From the NCBI GenBank assembly GCA_965219415.1, contig OZ244742.1, positions 1,536,001 through 1,600,000 of the forward strand: a stretch of 64,000 bases of DNA. The letters run 5' to 3'. Below, piece by piece: positions 9,813-19,918 of this stretch. Every line of letters begins with the position of its first letter. Within the stretch, counting starts at the first letter, position 1. This stretch comes from Candidatus Marinacidobacterales bacterium. Its GTDB lineage: Bacteria; Acidobacteriota; Vicinamibacteria; Marinacidobacterales; DATDRI01. Both the position numbers and the translations under genes were made by a program. The notes beneath the pieces are model-generated. The model was not told the origin of the DNA and searched no databases. It worked only from the letters and a program-made list of their open reading frames with translations.

Positions 9813-10898
9813 TCAAGTTTCCGACAGCACCCACCGAGCGGCCGCCAGTCCGGCAAGTTGGCCGGACCGGCGGGCCTCGTCTTCGTCCGCTGGGCTCAGA
9901 ACGTCTCCGGCTAGGAAGACTCCCGGAAGTGTGGTGCTTCCTTGAGAAGATACTCTCGCGCGGTCACCTTTGAGCTGTGGATCGTAGTGGGTCTCGCAAC
10001 CGAGGGCACGGGCGAGCCCGAGGGAAGGAGCTCTTGTTCCTTCGACCACAACCGTATCCACATCGACATCGACATCGACCTCGCCTTCCGGGAGAGCGCG
10101 CTGGTCGGGATCGGCGGCGACCAGCCTGGCGCCCGATACTCGGAGCTTTCCCTGGGCCGAAGCCAAGATCATTTCCTGCCCCATCACGATGACGTGCTCG
10201 GCGCCGAGTCGCTCCAGGCGCTCGCCGAGTCGGCGTGCTCTCTCCGCCCCTCCGCAGAGCAAGAATCGTGAGCCGGGCAAGAAGCTCTTTTCCACGAAGC
10301 GCTCCGTCAAATCCATCGGTAGCACACCAGGAAGCGTCGAACCCGGAAACGAATGCACGCGATCGAAGGCCCCGGTGGCAACGACGAGCGCTTTCCATTT
10401 CAACGGGACCCGCGCGCCGTCTCGCAAACAGAAAAGCTCCCGGTCCATCACCATCGTCGGTTCCGGAGACCGAACCGCAGGGAGTGATACCAACCTCGCT
10501 TCCAGAACATCGATGTCTTTAATTCCCGCATCGCGTGCCGCACGAGCGGCCTCGAGGCCCGCGGGTCCGGCTCCGATGACGACGATGCTGGCGCGGCGAT
10601 AAGCCTCGAGCCGCGGCGGATCGACGATACGACTCAGTGCGTTCTCCTCACCGGAAGACTCCGAAGTTCTGAGCGAGAGATCTGGACACAAGGGAAATCG
10701 ACAACACGGCAAATCGGGCAGGCCATCCACCAGAACATTGCAGTCTCGGCAACTTCCATTGCCACAGAACAAGTATGGGAGCTCGCTCGACGGAGGAATT
10801 TCGGAGTCTTTGCGGAAGTGCTTCATCACCGCCGCGCCAGCAAACTCGATGGAATCGCCTGCGGCTAGTTCTTCACCGTTCAAGAAAAAAAGGCTCAT
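9813..10898 (-). CDS. 2Fe-2S ferredoxin / FAD-dependent oxidoreductase fusion (sarcosine oxidase alpha / HcnAB-like)
   Basis: FCGNGSCRDC...CC cluster motif, VIGAGPAG, ATGA, FPGSTLPGV and TTLPGVFLAGD. Confidence 0.8.
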   Translation of the reverse strand: MSLFFLNGEELAAGDSIEFAGAAVMKHFRKDSEIPPSSELPYLFCGNGSCRDCNVLVDGLPDLPCCRFPLCPDLSLRTSESSGEENALSRIVDPPRLEAYRRASIVVIGAGPAGLEAARAARDAGIKDIDVLEARLVSLPAVRSPEPTMVMDRELFCLRDGARVPLKWKALVVATGAFDRVHSFPGSTLPGVLPMDLTERFVEKSFLPGSRFLLCGGAERARRLGERLERLGAEHVIVMGQEMILASAQGKLRVSGARLVAADPDQRALPEGEVDVDVDVDTVVVEGTRAPSLGLARALGCETHYDPQLKGDRARVSSQGSTTLPGVFLAGDVLSPADEDEARRSGQLAGLAAARWVLSET

Positions 10899-10918
10899 TT
10901 ACGTATAGTATCTCGGTC

Positions 10919-12688
10919 ATGAGGTGGTGGTGGGTCGCATTGCTGGCGTTGGCCGGTTTTCATTCCTGCTCTTCCGGCCCACCCGCCGATCTGATTCTCC
11001 GTGGCGGGAGGATCTACACCGTAGACCGAGAGCAGCCTTGGGCGGAGGCGGTCGCGATTCGCGGGGACGCGTTCGTCACCGTGGGAAGCAACCAAGACGT
11101 GGATCGTCTGCTCGGCGCCGATACAGCCGTCGTCGAGCTCGATGGCCGACTGGTCCTTCCTGGCATTATCGACAGCCACATCCACTTCCTCGATGGCTCA
11201 CTTCTCCTAGACCGTGTCCAACTCGGCGAGGCCACGTCGCTCGAGGAGATGAAGGACATCGTGCGCCTCTATGCGGAGGCTACCCCCGAGGCTTCCTGGA
11301 TCATCGGACAGGGTTGGAACTACACCCACGTCGATGGCGGACGGTTGCCCACGCGACACGATCTGGACGAAGTCGTCGCCGACCGCCCTGTGTTCCTCAT
11401 GGCTTATGACGGTCACACCGCGTGGGTGACCTCGAAGGCTTTCGTTGCCGCCGGGTTGGATCGTCAGTCGAAGCCATTGGGCCCAGGCGAGATTGTTCGG
11501 GACCCCGAAACGGGAGAGCTAACCGGAGCACTCAAGGAGGAAGGAGCGATCCAGTTGGTGCGTCGGATCATTCCCCGGCCCACGCGCGAGGAGTTACTAG
11601 CGGCACTCCGGAAGGGGATCGCCTATGCGCACCGTTTCGGCGTGACGAGTTTCCACTCCGCCATGGGGATTCCCACCGAGGCGGATGCCGATGGATATCT
11701 GGATAGCGACGTCCTCGATCTATTCGCGGAATTAGAGCGACGCAGCGAGCTGACTCTACGGGTCTATTCGGCGATGACGGTCGATGAGACCACGACCGAC
11801 GAGGATTTGGACCGGTTCTCCGAGCTGGCGGCGCGCCACCGAGGTCCTTGGCTCAAGACGGGTGCCGTTAAAATCTTCATGGATGGGGTCATCGAAACTC
11901 ACACTGCGGCGATGCTCGAGCCGTATGCGAACGATCTTGAAGCAAGTGGAACTCCCAACTACTCACAGGCCGATATCAACGCCCTCATCTCCAAACTGGA
12001 CGCGCGAGGCTTTCAGATTTTCACCCATGCCGTTGGTGATCGAGCGGTACGCATGGTCCTCAGCGCCTATGAAGCGGCCGCGAGCGAACATCCGGAATCG
12101 CGTGGCCGTCACCGCATCGAGCACATCGAGGTCATCTCTGAGGTAGACATCCCTCGTTTCGCCGAACTCGATGTCATCGCAGCGATGCAGCCACACCACG
12201 CAACCCCCGATTACGTGGGAGTGTGGGCCAAGGGAGTAGGTCCGGAGCGGATCGAGCGAGCCTTTGCGTGGAAGAGCCTGCGCGATGCGGGAGCGCGAGG
12301 CATCCACGGAAGCGACTGGCCGGTGGTCACCATCGACCCGTTGGTCGGCCTCCACACCGCCGTCACCCGCCAGGATCTCGACAGCCGGCCGGAGGGTGGT
12401 TGGATTCCCGATCAAAGATTGACGCTCCCGGACGCGATCTCCGGCTACACGTTGGATGCCGCCTTTGCGACTTTCGAGGAGGACGTCAAGGGTTCCATCG
12501 AGGTCGGGAAGCTGGCCGATCTAGCCGTTCTCTCGCAAGATCTCTTTAAGGTACCGCCGCGCAAGATTGCGAGGACCGAGGTCATGATGACCGTCGTCGG
12601 AGGAAGAGCAGTCTATGTCTCGCCGCGCTTCTTGCCGCAAGAGCGGATAGAAACACTGCCGTCGATGAGTTCCCAAGGAGAGCAGTGA
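10919..12688 (+). CDS. Amidohydrolase (YtcJ-like, Amidohydro_3), probable lipoprotein
   Basis: Motifs PGIIDSHIH, KIFMDG, HAVGDRA, RHRIEH, GSDWPV and GSIEVGKLAD. Confidence 0.92.
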   Translation: MRWWWVALLALAGFHSCSSGPPADLILRGGRIYTVDREQPWAEAVAIRGDAFVTVGSNQDVDRLLGADTAVVELDGRLVLPGIIDSHIHFLDGSLLLDRVQLGEATSLEEMKDIVRLYAEATPEASWIIGQGWNYTHVDGGRLPTRHDLDEVVADRPVFLMAYDGHTAWVTSKAFVAAGLDRQSKPLGPGEIVRDPETGELTGALKEEGAIQLVRRIIPRPTREELLAALRKGIAYAHRFGVTSFHSAMGIPTEADADGYLDSDVLDLFAELERRSELTLRVYSAMTVDETTTDEDLDRFSELAARHRGPWLKTGAVKIFMDGVIETHTAAMLEPYANDLEASGTPNYSQADINALISKLDARGFQIFTHAVGDRAVRMVLSAYEAAASEHPESRGRHRIEHIEVISEVDIPRFAELDVIAAMQPHHATPDYVGVWAKGVGPERIERAFAWKSLRDAGARGIHGSDWPVVTIDPLVGLHTAVTRQDLDSRPEGGWIPDQRLTLPDAISGYTLDAAFATFEEDVKGSIEVGKLADLAVLSQDLFKVPPRKIARTEVMMTVVGGRAVYVSPRFLPQERIETLPSMSSQGEQ

Positions 12689-13280
12689 TGACGAGTGTAA
12701 TGGAAAGGATTGCATTGTTTGTTTTTGTGATGGCTGTGGCTACTGCTTCCCAGGCCCAGGAAAAGATCAAAGTGATCGTTGACCAAGATGCGCGCGGGCC
12801 GTGCAGCACCGACATGCAGTCGATCCTGATGTTCGCTCAATCTCCGAACGTGGAGGTTCTAGGCGTCACCATCGTTAGCGGCGACTTGTGGATGGATCAA
12901 GAGACGCTCCACACCCTCCGCGCTCTCGAGATCGCGGGCCGAGCTGATATTCCGGTTTACCGCGGGGCGGTGTTTTCCTTGCTAAACAGCAAGGAAGAGG
13001 CGGAACGCTGGGAGACGCTCTACGGCGAGCATCTTTATAAGGGAGCCTGGAACGACGAGATGCCAGGACCGTACGAGCGCGTGCCCCTCCCCGAGGGCGA
13101 GCCGACGACCGAGCCCGCCGAGGGTCACGCCGCCAACTTCATCGTAGAAGCAGTCAACGCTAATCCGGGGGAGGTTGTGATCTGGGGCGGAGGCCCGCTC
13201 ACCAACATCGCGCTCGCGCTGATGCTGGATCCGAAGCTTCCGGAGAAGGCCAAGGAGTTGGTGGTGATGGGGGGTGGGAT

Positions 13281-14653
13281 GAGCTCTTGTTCAATAGGTG
13301 TGTAAAAAAGTTCAGGCAGCAGCAACCTTCGACGACTCCGTTACCCTGTCTCCATCTTCAAATCGAACGCCCAGGTGAACCTCTCGCATCAGCTCCGGTG
13401 CGTTGAGCCGGCGAAAATTCTTCTCCGCAACCAGAAGCAGTTTGAAGATTGTCGCAGTGGCGGACTCGACTTTCTTGAACCTTTTGGCCGCATCCGTTCT
13501 CAATCTCAGTGCAGCGAACGGTGACTCCACGACGTTGCTCGTGCGAAGGTGTTGCCAGTGAGGCTTGGGAAAGGAATAGAAGCTGACCATCCGCTCCCAG
13601 TCCTCGTCGAGCACGTGCGCGGCCCCCGGAAGACCCTTGCGCAAGCACCAATCCTGGAACTTGGCCTTCTTCGTCTCGCACTCCTGCAGGCTGGTGGGGT
13701 AGGGGGTCGCCGTCAACAGCGGCTTGGCCTGCGCCTGGTCCCTTTTCGGAATCCGGTCCAGTACGTTGAGGATTCGGTGGTTCCAGCACCGCTGCTCCTC
13801 AGCTTCTGGAAATACGTTTCGGGTCGCGGCCCAGATGCCGAGATGACCGTCACCGATCACCAAACGGGGACATCTCAGACCGCGCTTCTTCAGTCTCCGT
13901 AGCAGCGACGACCATGACGCTTCGGATTCTCGATGCCCGGCCTCCAGCGTCAGGACGATTTTCGTCCCGTCGGACAGGCCACCAACCGCAACTAGCACCG
14001 CCGCCTTGTCCTTCTCAAGGCCGGCCTTCACGTACACGCCATCTACCCACAGGGACACGAGCTCGAGTTCGTCCAGTGGGCGAGCTAGCCACTGCTCGTA
14101 CTCTCCCTGCCATTTCTGTTTCAGCCGCGACACCGTGCTGGGAGAAAGTGGAGCGTCCTCCCCTAGAAGCCCGCGGAGCGCCAAATCGAAATCTCCGTGA
14201 GCTAGTCCATGCAGGTACAGCTCCGGAATCAACTCGCTCACCGTTTCGCTCCGACGCTTGAACAGCGGAAGCACTCGACTTTCGAACCTCTCCTCCACGT
14301 CCCCTACTCTCGGCCGGCGAACCGTCACCGTGCCCACGCTCATCGTCAGCTTCCGAGGCTTACCGTATCCATTTCGATAGCCCGCCGTTGTGTCCACGGG
14401 CTTCCGTCTCTCCGATTTCTCACGCCCGAGAAGCTCCGTGACTTCGGCTACCATCAGCTCCTGCACCCAATCCTGGATCTCGAGCCTCGCCCACTTCTCC
14501 AGCGACTCCCAAGCCACCCTTGACGAGCTCCGTCGTCTTGTGGTCTTTTCCTTCATGGCGGTGTCTCCTTCCGTTGGCCCCTTCACGCCGTGTTTCGTGA
14601 CGCGGAAGGTTACTCCGCCTTTACTTTATTTCCACACCTTCTGAGGGTAGCTC
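13281..14653 (-). mobile_element. IS256-family insertion sequence, copy 1
   Basis: Imperfect terminal inverted repeats (GAGCTCTTGTTCAATAGGTGTGTAAAAAAGT / GAGCTACCCTCAGAAGGTGTGGAAATAAAGT) and a perfect 8-bp TSD GGTGGGAT at 13273-13280 and 14654-14661. Confidence 0.95.
13312..14556 (-). CDS. IS256-family (Mutator) transposase
   Basis: Motifs YRNGY, WVDGVYVK, IGDGHLG, QRCWNH and RTSNVVES. AAGGAG RBS before ATG 14556. Confidence 0.95.
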   Translation of the reverse strand: MKEKTTRRRSSSRVAWESLEKWARLEIQDWVQELMVAEVTELLGREKSERRKPVDTTAGYRNGYGKPRKLTMSVGTVTVRRPRVGDVEERFESRVLPLFKRRSETVSELIPELYLHGLAHGDFDLALRGLLGEDAPLSPSTVSRLKQKWQGEYEQWLARPLDELELVSLWVDGVYVKAGLEKDKAAVLVAVGGLSDGTKIVLTLEAGHRESEASWSSLLRRLKKRGLRCPRLVIGDGHLGIWAATRNVFPEAEEQRCWNHRILNVLDRIPKRDQAQAKPLLTATPYPTSLQECETKKAKFQDWCLRKGLPGAAHVLDEDWERMVSFYSFPKPHWQHLRTSNVVESPFAALRLRTDAAKRFKKVESATATIFKLLLVAEKNFRRLNAPELMREVHLGVRFEDGDRVTESSKVAAA

Positions 14654-15146
14654 GGTGGGATCGACCGTGCGCTCTACCGCAAGGAGTTCAACTGGTGGTG
14701 GGATCCGGAAGCGGCCCGGATGGTGCTGCGGGCCCCCTGGAAGAAACTAACCATCACCCCGGTCGACATCTCGGTCAAGACACGCCACAGCGAGGAGTTG
14801 GTGGCACGCATCGGCCGGTCTCCCAAACCCGTGGCGCAGTACATCAAGCGCTTTCACCGAAAATCACCGCCGGACGCCGATCCCGATTGGGTCCCCTGGA
14901 TTTTCATGTGGGATGAGGTAAGCGTGGCGAGCGTTCTCGACCCTTCGATCGTTACTGACCAACGGCAAATGTTCGTCGACGTCGAGATCGACCATGGTAT
15001 CGACCACGGTATCACACTGGCCTGGGAGCTGGATCAGCATCAGCCACCTGGTGTGGGAAGAGCGTGGGTTCAGTTCGATTTGGATCTAGATCGCTTCTAC
15101 GAGTTGTACGAGGAGCTAATGAGCCGCCAAGCAGCCACCGACTAGC

Positions 15147-16757
15147 TTAGTTTGTAGTGCCGGGTTGCGTGATCTCCATCCGCTCGTTGATCTTGGCTTC
15201 GCGGACTACGCGCCGTACGTCGGCCAGCAGCGCCGGCGCGTCATAGATAATGCCGTCCTTGATGGTGTACCGGACGCCGCCAACCCGAATCGGTTGGTCG
15301 TCGTCGTTCAGCTTGATGGCTCCGGTGCCATACAGCACCTTGAGATTCAAAAGCGGGCTCTCCTCCAAGATCGCGAAGTCTGCCAGCTTGCCGACCTCTA
15401 CCGATCCGATCTGATCCGACATCCCCAAGGCCTCGGCGCCCTCGAGTGTCGCGGACCGAATGACCTCTAGAGGATGGAACCCCGCCTCTCGCAAAAGCTC
15501 CAACTCTCGAATGTAATCGAAACCGTACAACTTGTAGATGAATCCCGAATCGGATCCCGCGGCCACTCGCCCGCCACGGTTCTTGTACTCGTTGACGAAC
15601 GTCATCCACAGTCGGTAGTTGTTCTTCCACGCCACCTCGTCTTCGGTCGTCCAGTAAAACCAGTAAGACCCGTGGGCCTTTCGGCTCGGCCGGTAGAAAC
15701 GCCACAAGGATGGCAAGGTGTAGTCGTCGTGCCACTCAGCCCTTCGCGCCCGCATCAAGTCTCGACTCGCCTCGTAGATGGTGAACGTAGGAACTAACGT
15801 AAAGTCGAGCTCGAGGAGCTCGTCCATGACCTTGTTCCAATGTCCACTGTAAGGAGGTGCCGCTTGTTTCCAGAGTCGCCCGGCCTGTCCGAAGCGATCC
15901 TGTTCGTTGCTGTAGTTGTAATCGAGCGGGAAATCCTGGACCGTCCGATCTGTGAACAAAGCCTCCGGCAATCCGTACCAATGCTCCATGGTAGTGAGCC
16001 CCAGTCGAGCGGAGTCCAGTACGTTCATCCACGCCACGCCCATTTGGGCATGATGGCAGGCGGTTCGAATTCCCTGTTCCTTGGCTTCATCGATGGTGGC
16101 CGCCATGATATCGGGGCGGAGCGACGTGAGTTTCAAACCATCCGCCCCCTGCTTGGCCACTTCCGCTACCCACGCCCGAGCCTGGTCGGGAGACGCGACC
16201 GGAGCGTCCCGACCTTGGCCGAATCGGATGTAGGCCTCAATGCGTGGTGCGGTGATCTCGTTCTTCCCGCTCTTCTCCTTGTGGCGCAGATTCCAATCCA
16301 ACCCGTTACCGCTCCCCGGGTCGCGGATAGTCGTGATCCCGTGCCCCATCCAAAGCTTGAAAACGTACTCTGCCGACGTGCCTTGGCTGGCGCCACCGAT
16401 ATGCCCATGCATGTCCACCAAACCGGGAATCACGTACATTCCCTCAACGTCGAGCTCCTTGTCACCCGGCTCGGCCTTTGGTCTCTTATCTTCATCAATC
16501 GGAACGCTGGGAAATCCAACATTCTTTATCTGCACGATACGATTCTGCTCGACGACGATGTCAACCGGACCGATTGGAGGTGCACCGGTACCGTCGATGA
16601 GGGTGGCACCGCGCAGTATCAAGCGATCGAATGGTCCTTCGCCTTCCGCGCGCGGCGGCGCATCGGGAATCGGCTGCGGCTGGCGTTGCGCAGAAACCCC
16701 CTGGCTCAGTAGCAAAGCTACAAAGAGCGATGTTTTTGTAAGGTTCCGGTTGGTCAC
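15147..16757 (-). CDS. Exported amidohydrolase family protein
   Basis: Motifs PGLVDMHGH, MEHWYG, AGSDSG and GSVEVGKLAD. GTG start with GGAGG RBS and a signal peptide. Confidence 0.9.
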   Translation of the reverse strand: MTNRNLTKTSLFVALLLSQGVSAQRQPQPIPDAPPRAEGEGPFDRLILRGATLIDGTGAPPIGPVDIVVEQNRIVQIKNVGFPSVPIDEDKRPKAEPGDKELDVEGMYVIPGLVDMHGHIGGASQGTSAEYVFKLWMGHGITTIRDPGSGNGLDWNLRHKEKSGKNEITAPRIEAYIRFGQGRDAPVASPDQARAWVAEVAKQGADGLKLTSLRPDIMAATIDEAKEQGIRTACHHAQMGVAWMNVLDSARLGLTTMEHWYGLPEALFTDRTVQDFPLDYNYSNEQDRFGQAGRLWKQAAPPYSGHWNKVMDELLELDFTLVPTFTIYEASRDLMRARRAEWHDDYTLPSLWRFYRPSRKAHGSYWFYWTTEDEVAWKNNYRLWMTFVNEYKNRGGRVAAGSDSGFIYKLYGFDYIRELELLREAGFHPLEVIRSATLEGAEALGMSDQIGSVEVGKLADFAILEESPLLNLKVLYGTGAIKLNDDDQPIRVGGVRYTIKDGIIYDAPALLADVRRVVREAKINERMEITQPGTTN

Positions 16758-16902
16758 GGTTCGGCCTCCCCTCTCAGGCAAAGCTCGACGGAATATATTA
16801 CATAACGCAGCGATTGGCGATTCGGCAGCTGACACCTCGCAGTCACCGTTGCTACCGCGCAACGGAATGCACTATCCTCTATCCTAGTTCACGGAGTTAG
16901 AC

Positions 16903-18123
16903 ATGAGACTTGCTCGTTTCGAGAACTTCTTTGCAACCCTCGCCTGCGCGGCTTCTTTCCCGGTGATCGTCGCCGCGCAGTCGGAACCCACAGAGCAGCA
17001 GAGAACGGAGAGGTTCCGCGAGGTCCGACAACAACTCGTCGAGGCCTTCGAGAAGGATCCCGAGGCACGGGTGGCGCTCGCAGATCTGGATCTGCCACCG
17101 CGGATGGCCGAACGGATTGATCACAACCGCGACGGTTTCATCACCCGAGACGAAGCCCAAGGCATCTTGGAACGCCGGAGATCGCAGAGCCCGAGAGACC
17201 GATCCGACTTCACACATCTCAACGAGGAAGGCTATCCCCTGAACGTCAACCCGGAAGTGGTCTCGGCGGAAGATGCCCCACTCGGTGATGGTGACATCGT
17301 CATGGGCGTCGTCGTCGCGGGCGAACCCCGTGCCTACCCCGTCAACTACATGAACGGTCCGACTAACGAGGTCGTGAACGACACACTCGGCGGGACCGAC
17401 ATCGCGCCGAGCTGGTGACCGATCGATCACAGCGGCGTAGTCTACGCCCGCGAGTTCGACGGTAAGGCCTACGACTTCGGCGTGGTAGGGGTCGACGAGG
17501 GCACCCTGATTCTGTACAACAAACAAACGAACTCCTGGTGGAATCAGCTCTTCGGAAAGGCAGTGAGTGGTCCCATGGAGGGAAAGCAGCTCGTCAAGCT
17601 GCCTTCCACGATGACGACCTGGGCCAAGTGGAAAATCCTTCACCCGGACACAACTGTCTATGTGAAACGGTCGATTCCCTATGATCAAAGGTTCACCCGG
17701 GAGACGTTCGAGAAGATCGCTCGGATGGAGGACGGCCCGATCCGCTCCAACGACCTCGTGGTTGGACTCGAGGGGCATGTCACCTCGAGGGCTTATCTAG
17801 TCCGTCGGCTCACCAAGAACCGCCTCGTCAACGACATGATCGAGGGACAACCCATCGCCGTTTACCTTAGCGAGGATCTGACCACGGCGCGGGTTCTCGA
17901 CCGCAAGGTCGACGGAAAGACGCTTAGCCTAGAGATCTCTGATGGCGATCAATTGCAGGATCGAGAGACCGGGACCTCTTGGGATCCTCTAACCGGCGAG
18001 GCGGTCGCGGGGCCGCTCAAAGGGAAGAGACTCGAACCTCTCGTCTCAACCTATTCGCTCTGGTTCGCGTGGAAGAAATACCGTCCCGACACCGAAATCT
18101 ATGGAGAGGTTTCCTCGGAGTGA
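16903..18123 (+). CDS. DUF3179-domain putative selenoprotein with N-terminal EF-hand (TGA 17416-17418 read as Sec)
   Basis: ORFs 16903-17418 and 17482-18123 share one frame with a single TGA between them. DUF3179 motifs RAYP...EVVNDT, YNKQTNSWWNQ and WFAWKKYRPDT. The TGA sits where the CPxC Cys is expected. Confidence 0.8.
17432..17451 (+). promoter_or_regulatory. Candidate bacterial SECIS hairpin
   Basis: GGCGTA-GTC-TACGCC stem-loop, extendable by flanking GC pairs, with the loop G 22 nt after the UGA. It resembles the E. coli fdhF apical GCAGGUCUGC. Confidence 0.6.
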
Positions 18124-18139
18124 GACAGGGTATCACGGG

Positions 18140-18994
18140 ATGATGAGTGTAGAGCCGTTCAAAAGGTGGTCGGTAGTCGGCGCGGTATCGTTCGCCTTCT
18201 TCGCGTGCCAAACACCTCGACAAGAACCGAGCGAAACTATCGCCGCCGTCTTCTCGGGTGACGGAGCCGAGTGGATCGACATGAGTTATCCATACGACGA
18301 GACGACCCTCTCGTGGCCCACCGCCCAACCCTATGAGCTAGAAGTCGTCGCCGCCGGCATGACGGAAGCCGGCTACTATTATGGAGCCAATAACTTTTGT
18401 ACCGCCGAACATGGCGGCACGCACCTGGATGCTCCCATCCATTTCTCGGAGGGGAAACACACGACCGATCAGATCCCGGTCGAGCGGCTCGTCGGCCCCG
18501 CTGTGGTCGTGGACGTCAGCGAGGCCGCGGCGTCCGACGCAGACTATTTGATCGGTGTGGACGACCTCGAGGAGTGGGAGTCGACTCATGGCCGCATCCC
18601 GAACCAATCGATTGTTCTACTCAAGACCGGCTGGGGAGCGCGCTGGCCCGACCGCCAACGCTACTTGGGGACGAATCTGACCGGGGAAGAAGCGGTGCCG
18701 GAGCTCCACTTCCCGGGCATCGCTCCCGACGCGGCTCGTTGGTTGGTCGAGAACCGCACTATCGACGCCATCGGCATCGACACCGCAAGCATCGACTACG
18801 GTCAATCGAGCCTGTTCGAGACCCATCGGATCTTGCTCGGAGAAAATATCCCCGCCTTCGAGAACGTAGCATCGCTCGGCCGCCTGCCACCAACCGGTGC
18901 CTACGTGATTGCCCTACCCATGAAGATCGGGAGCGGGACCGGAGGCCCGCTTCGTATAGTAGGTGTGATCCCTGCCATATCGGGCCGTCCCTAG
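18140..18994 (+). CDS. Cyclase family protein (kynurenine formamidase-like), probable lipoprotein
   Basis: Motifs EHGGTHLDAPIHF, HFPGI, IGIDTASID, FENV and GTGGPLRI. Confidence 0.92.
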   Translation: MMSVEPFKRWSVVGAVSFAFFACQTPRQEPSETIAAVFSGDGAEWIDMSYPYDETTLSWPTAQPYELEVVAAGMTEAGYYYGANNFCTAEHGGTHLDAPIHFSEGKHTTDQIPVERLVGPAVVVDVSEAAASDADYLIGVDDLEEWESTHGRIPNQSIVLLKTGWGARWPDRQRYLGTNLTGEEAVPELHFPGIAPDAARWLVENRTIDAIGIDTASIDYGQSSLFETHRILLGENIPAFENVASLGRLPPTGAYVIALPMKIGSGTGGPLRIVGVIPAISGRP

Positions 18995-19000
18995 ACCTTC

Positions 19001-19843
19001 TTACCGTTCCGTCAAAAACGCTCTCCCATCCTGGTAACCCAAGTCGCAGGCCCGCTCCAGTTTTTCTCTGTCGCGTGTGGCCCTGCCGACTCCCAGCGGT
19101 CGAGATGGACGCAGAACCACGATGCGGGACTCCGCGGGGGGTGCTGTCATTACCGCCGCGGCGTCTCGATAGCGCCGGTGGCGTTCGTTCAGCGCGTTCC
19201 GAACTCCCGATGCGGTCGACAGCAGGCGATTCCAAAGTGGTGCCCACAACCTACGCATTCCCCGTTTCTCGATCGTGCTCGTCAGGACGACAACGACTTC
19301 CCGCGCGCCGAGAGCAAGCGCCTTGAGCACCGGAACGGGGTCACTGATCCCTCCGTCTACGTAGCGCCGTCCTTGATAGACGACGGGGCGACGATAGAAG
19401 AGGGGCAATGCACAGGTCGCCCGGAGCGCGGTCAGCAAATCATCCTCGTGGTTGTTCAAGTAGCGCACCGCTCCGGTTTCGGCATCGGTGACACCGATGT
19501 GCAGTCGGGTGGGGCTCTTGCTCAACGCCTCGAGATCTAGAGGGCAGAGTTTGCCGTGAACGTCGTCGGTCAAGTAGTCGATATCCATCACATCGCCGCC
19601 GCTGAGAAGACGATGCCAACGAATGAACCTTGAGCCCGCGAGGTACTCGAGATACACCGTGCGGTTACGACCGGCCTGACCGGCTAGAAAAGACGCCGCG
19701 GTGCAGGCTCCGGCGGAGCACGCCACGACGAAATCAAAGCCGTGCGACCCTCCGTTCTCCGCGAAGGCCTCCAGCACTCCGGCGGTGTAAGTGCCGCGCA
19801 TGCCACCGCCTTCCAGGACCAGGGCGCGTGAGGTGGCATTCAT
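19001..19843 (-). CDS. Patatin-like phospholipase
   Basis: LVLEGGGMRG, xCSAG nucleophile motif and YVDGG. Confidence 0.9.
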   Translation of the reverse strand: MNATSRALVLEGGGMRGTYTAGVLEAFAENGGSHGFDFVVACSAGACTAASFLAGQAGRNRTVYLEYLAGSRFIRWHRLLSGGDVMDIDYLTDDVHGKLCPLDLEALSKSPTRLHIGVTDAETGAVRYLNNHEDDLLTALRATCALPLFYRRPVVYQGRRYVDGGISDPVPVLKALALGAREVVVVLTSTIEKRGMRRLWAPLWNRLLSTASGVRNALNERHRRYRDAAAVMTAPPAESRIVVLRPSRPLGVGRATRDREKLERACDLGYQDGRAFLTER

Positions 19844-19918
19844 AGGTAGAGCATTCTATTGAAAAACGGCCGAGCTCGCTCGCCCATCAGCCTCAGCATC
19901 CCACATAATAGATTCACC

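Larger units (their letters stand above)
12685..15145 (+). pseudogene. Nucleoside hydrolase (IU-NH family) interrupted by IS256
   Basis: 5' part has VIVDQD...GPLTNIA...LVVMGG. Removing the IS and one TSD restores the frame VMGGG-IDRALYRKEFNWWWDPEAARMV...MWDE. Confidence 0.92.
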
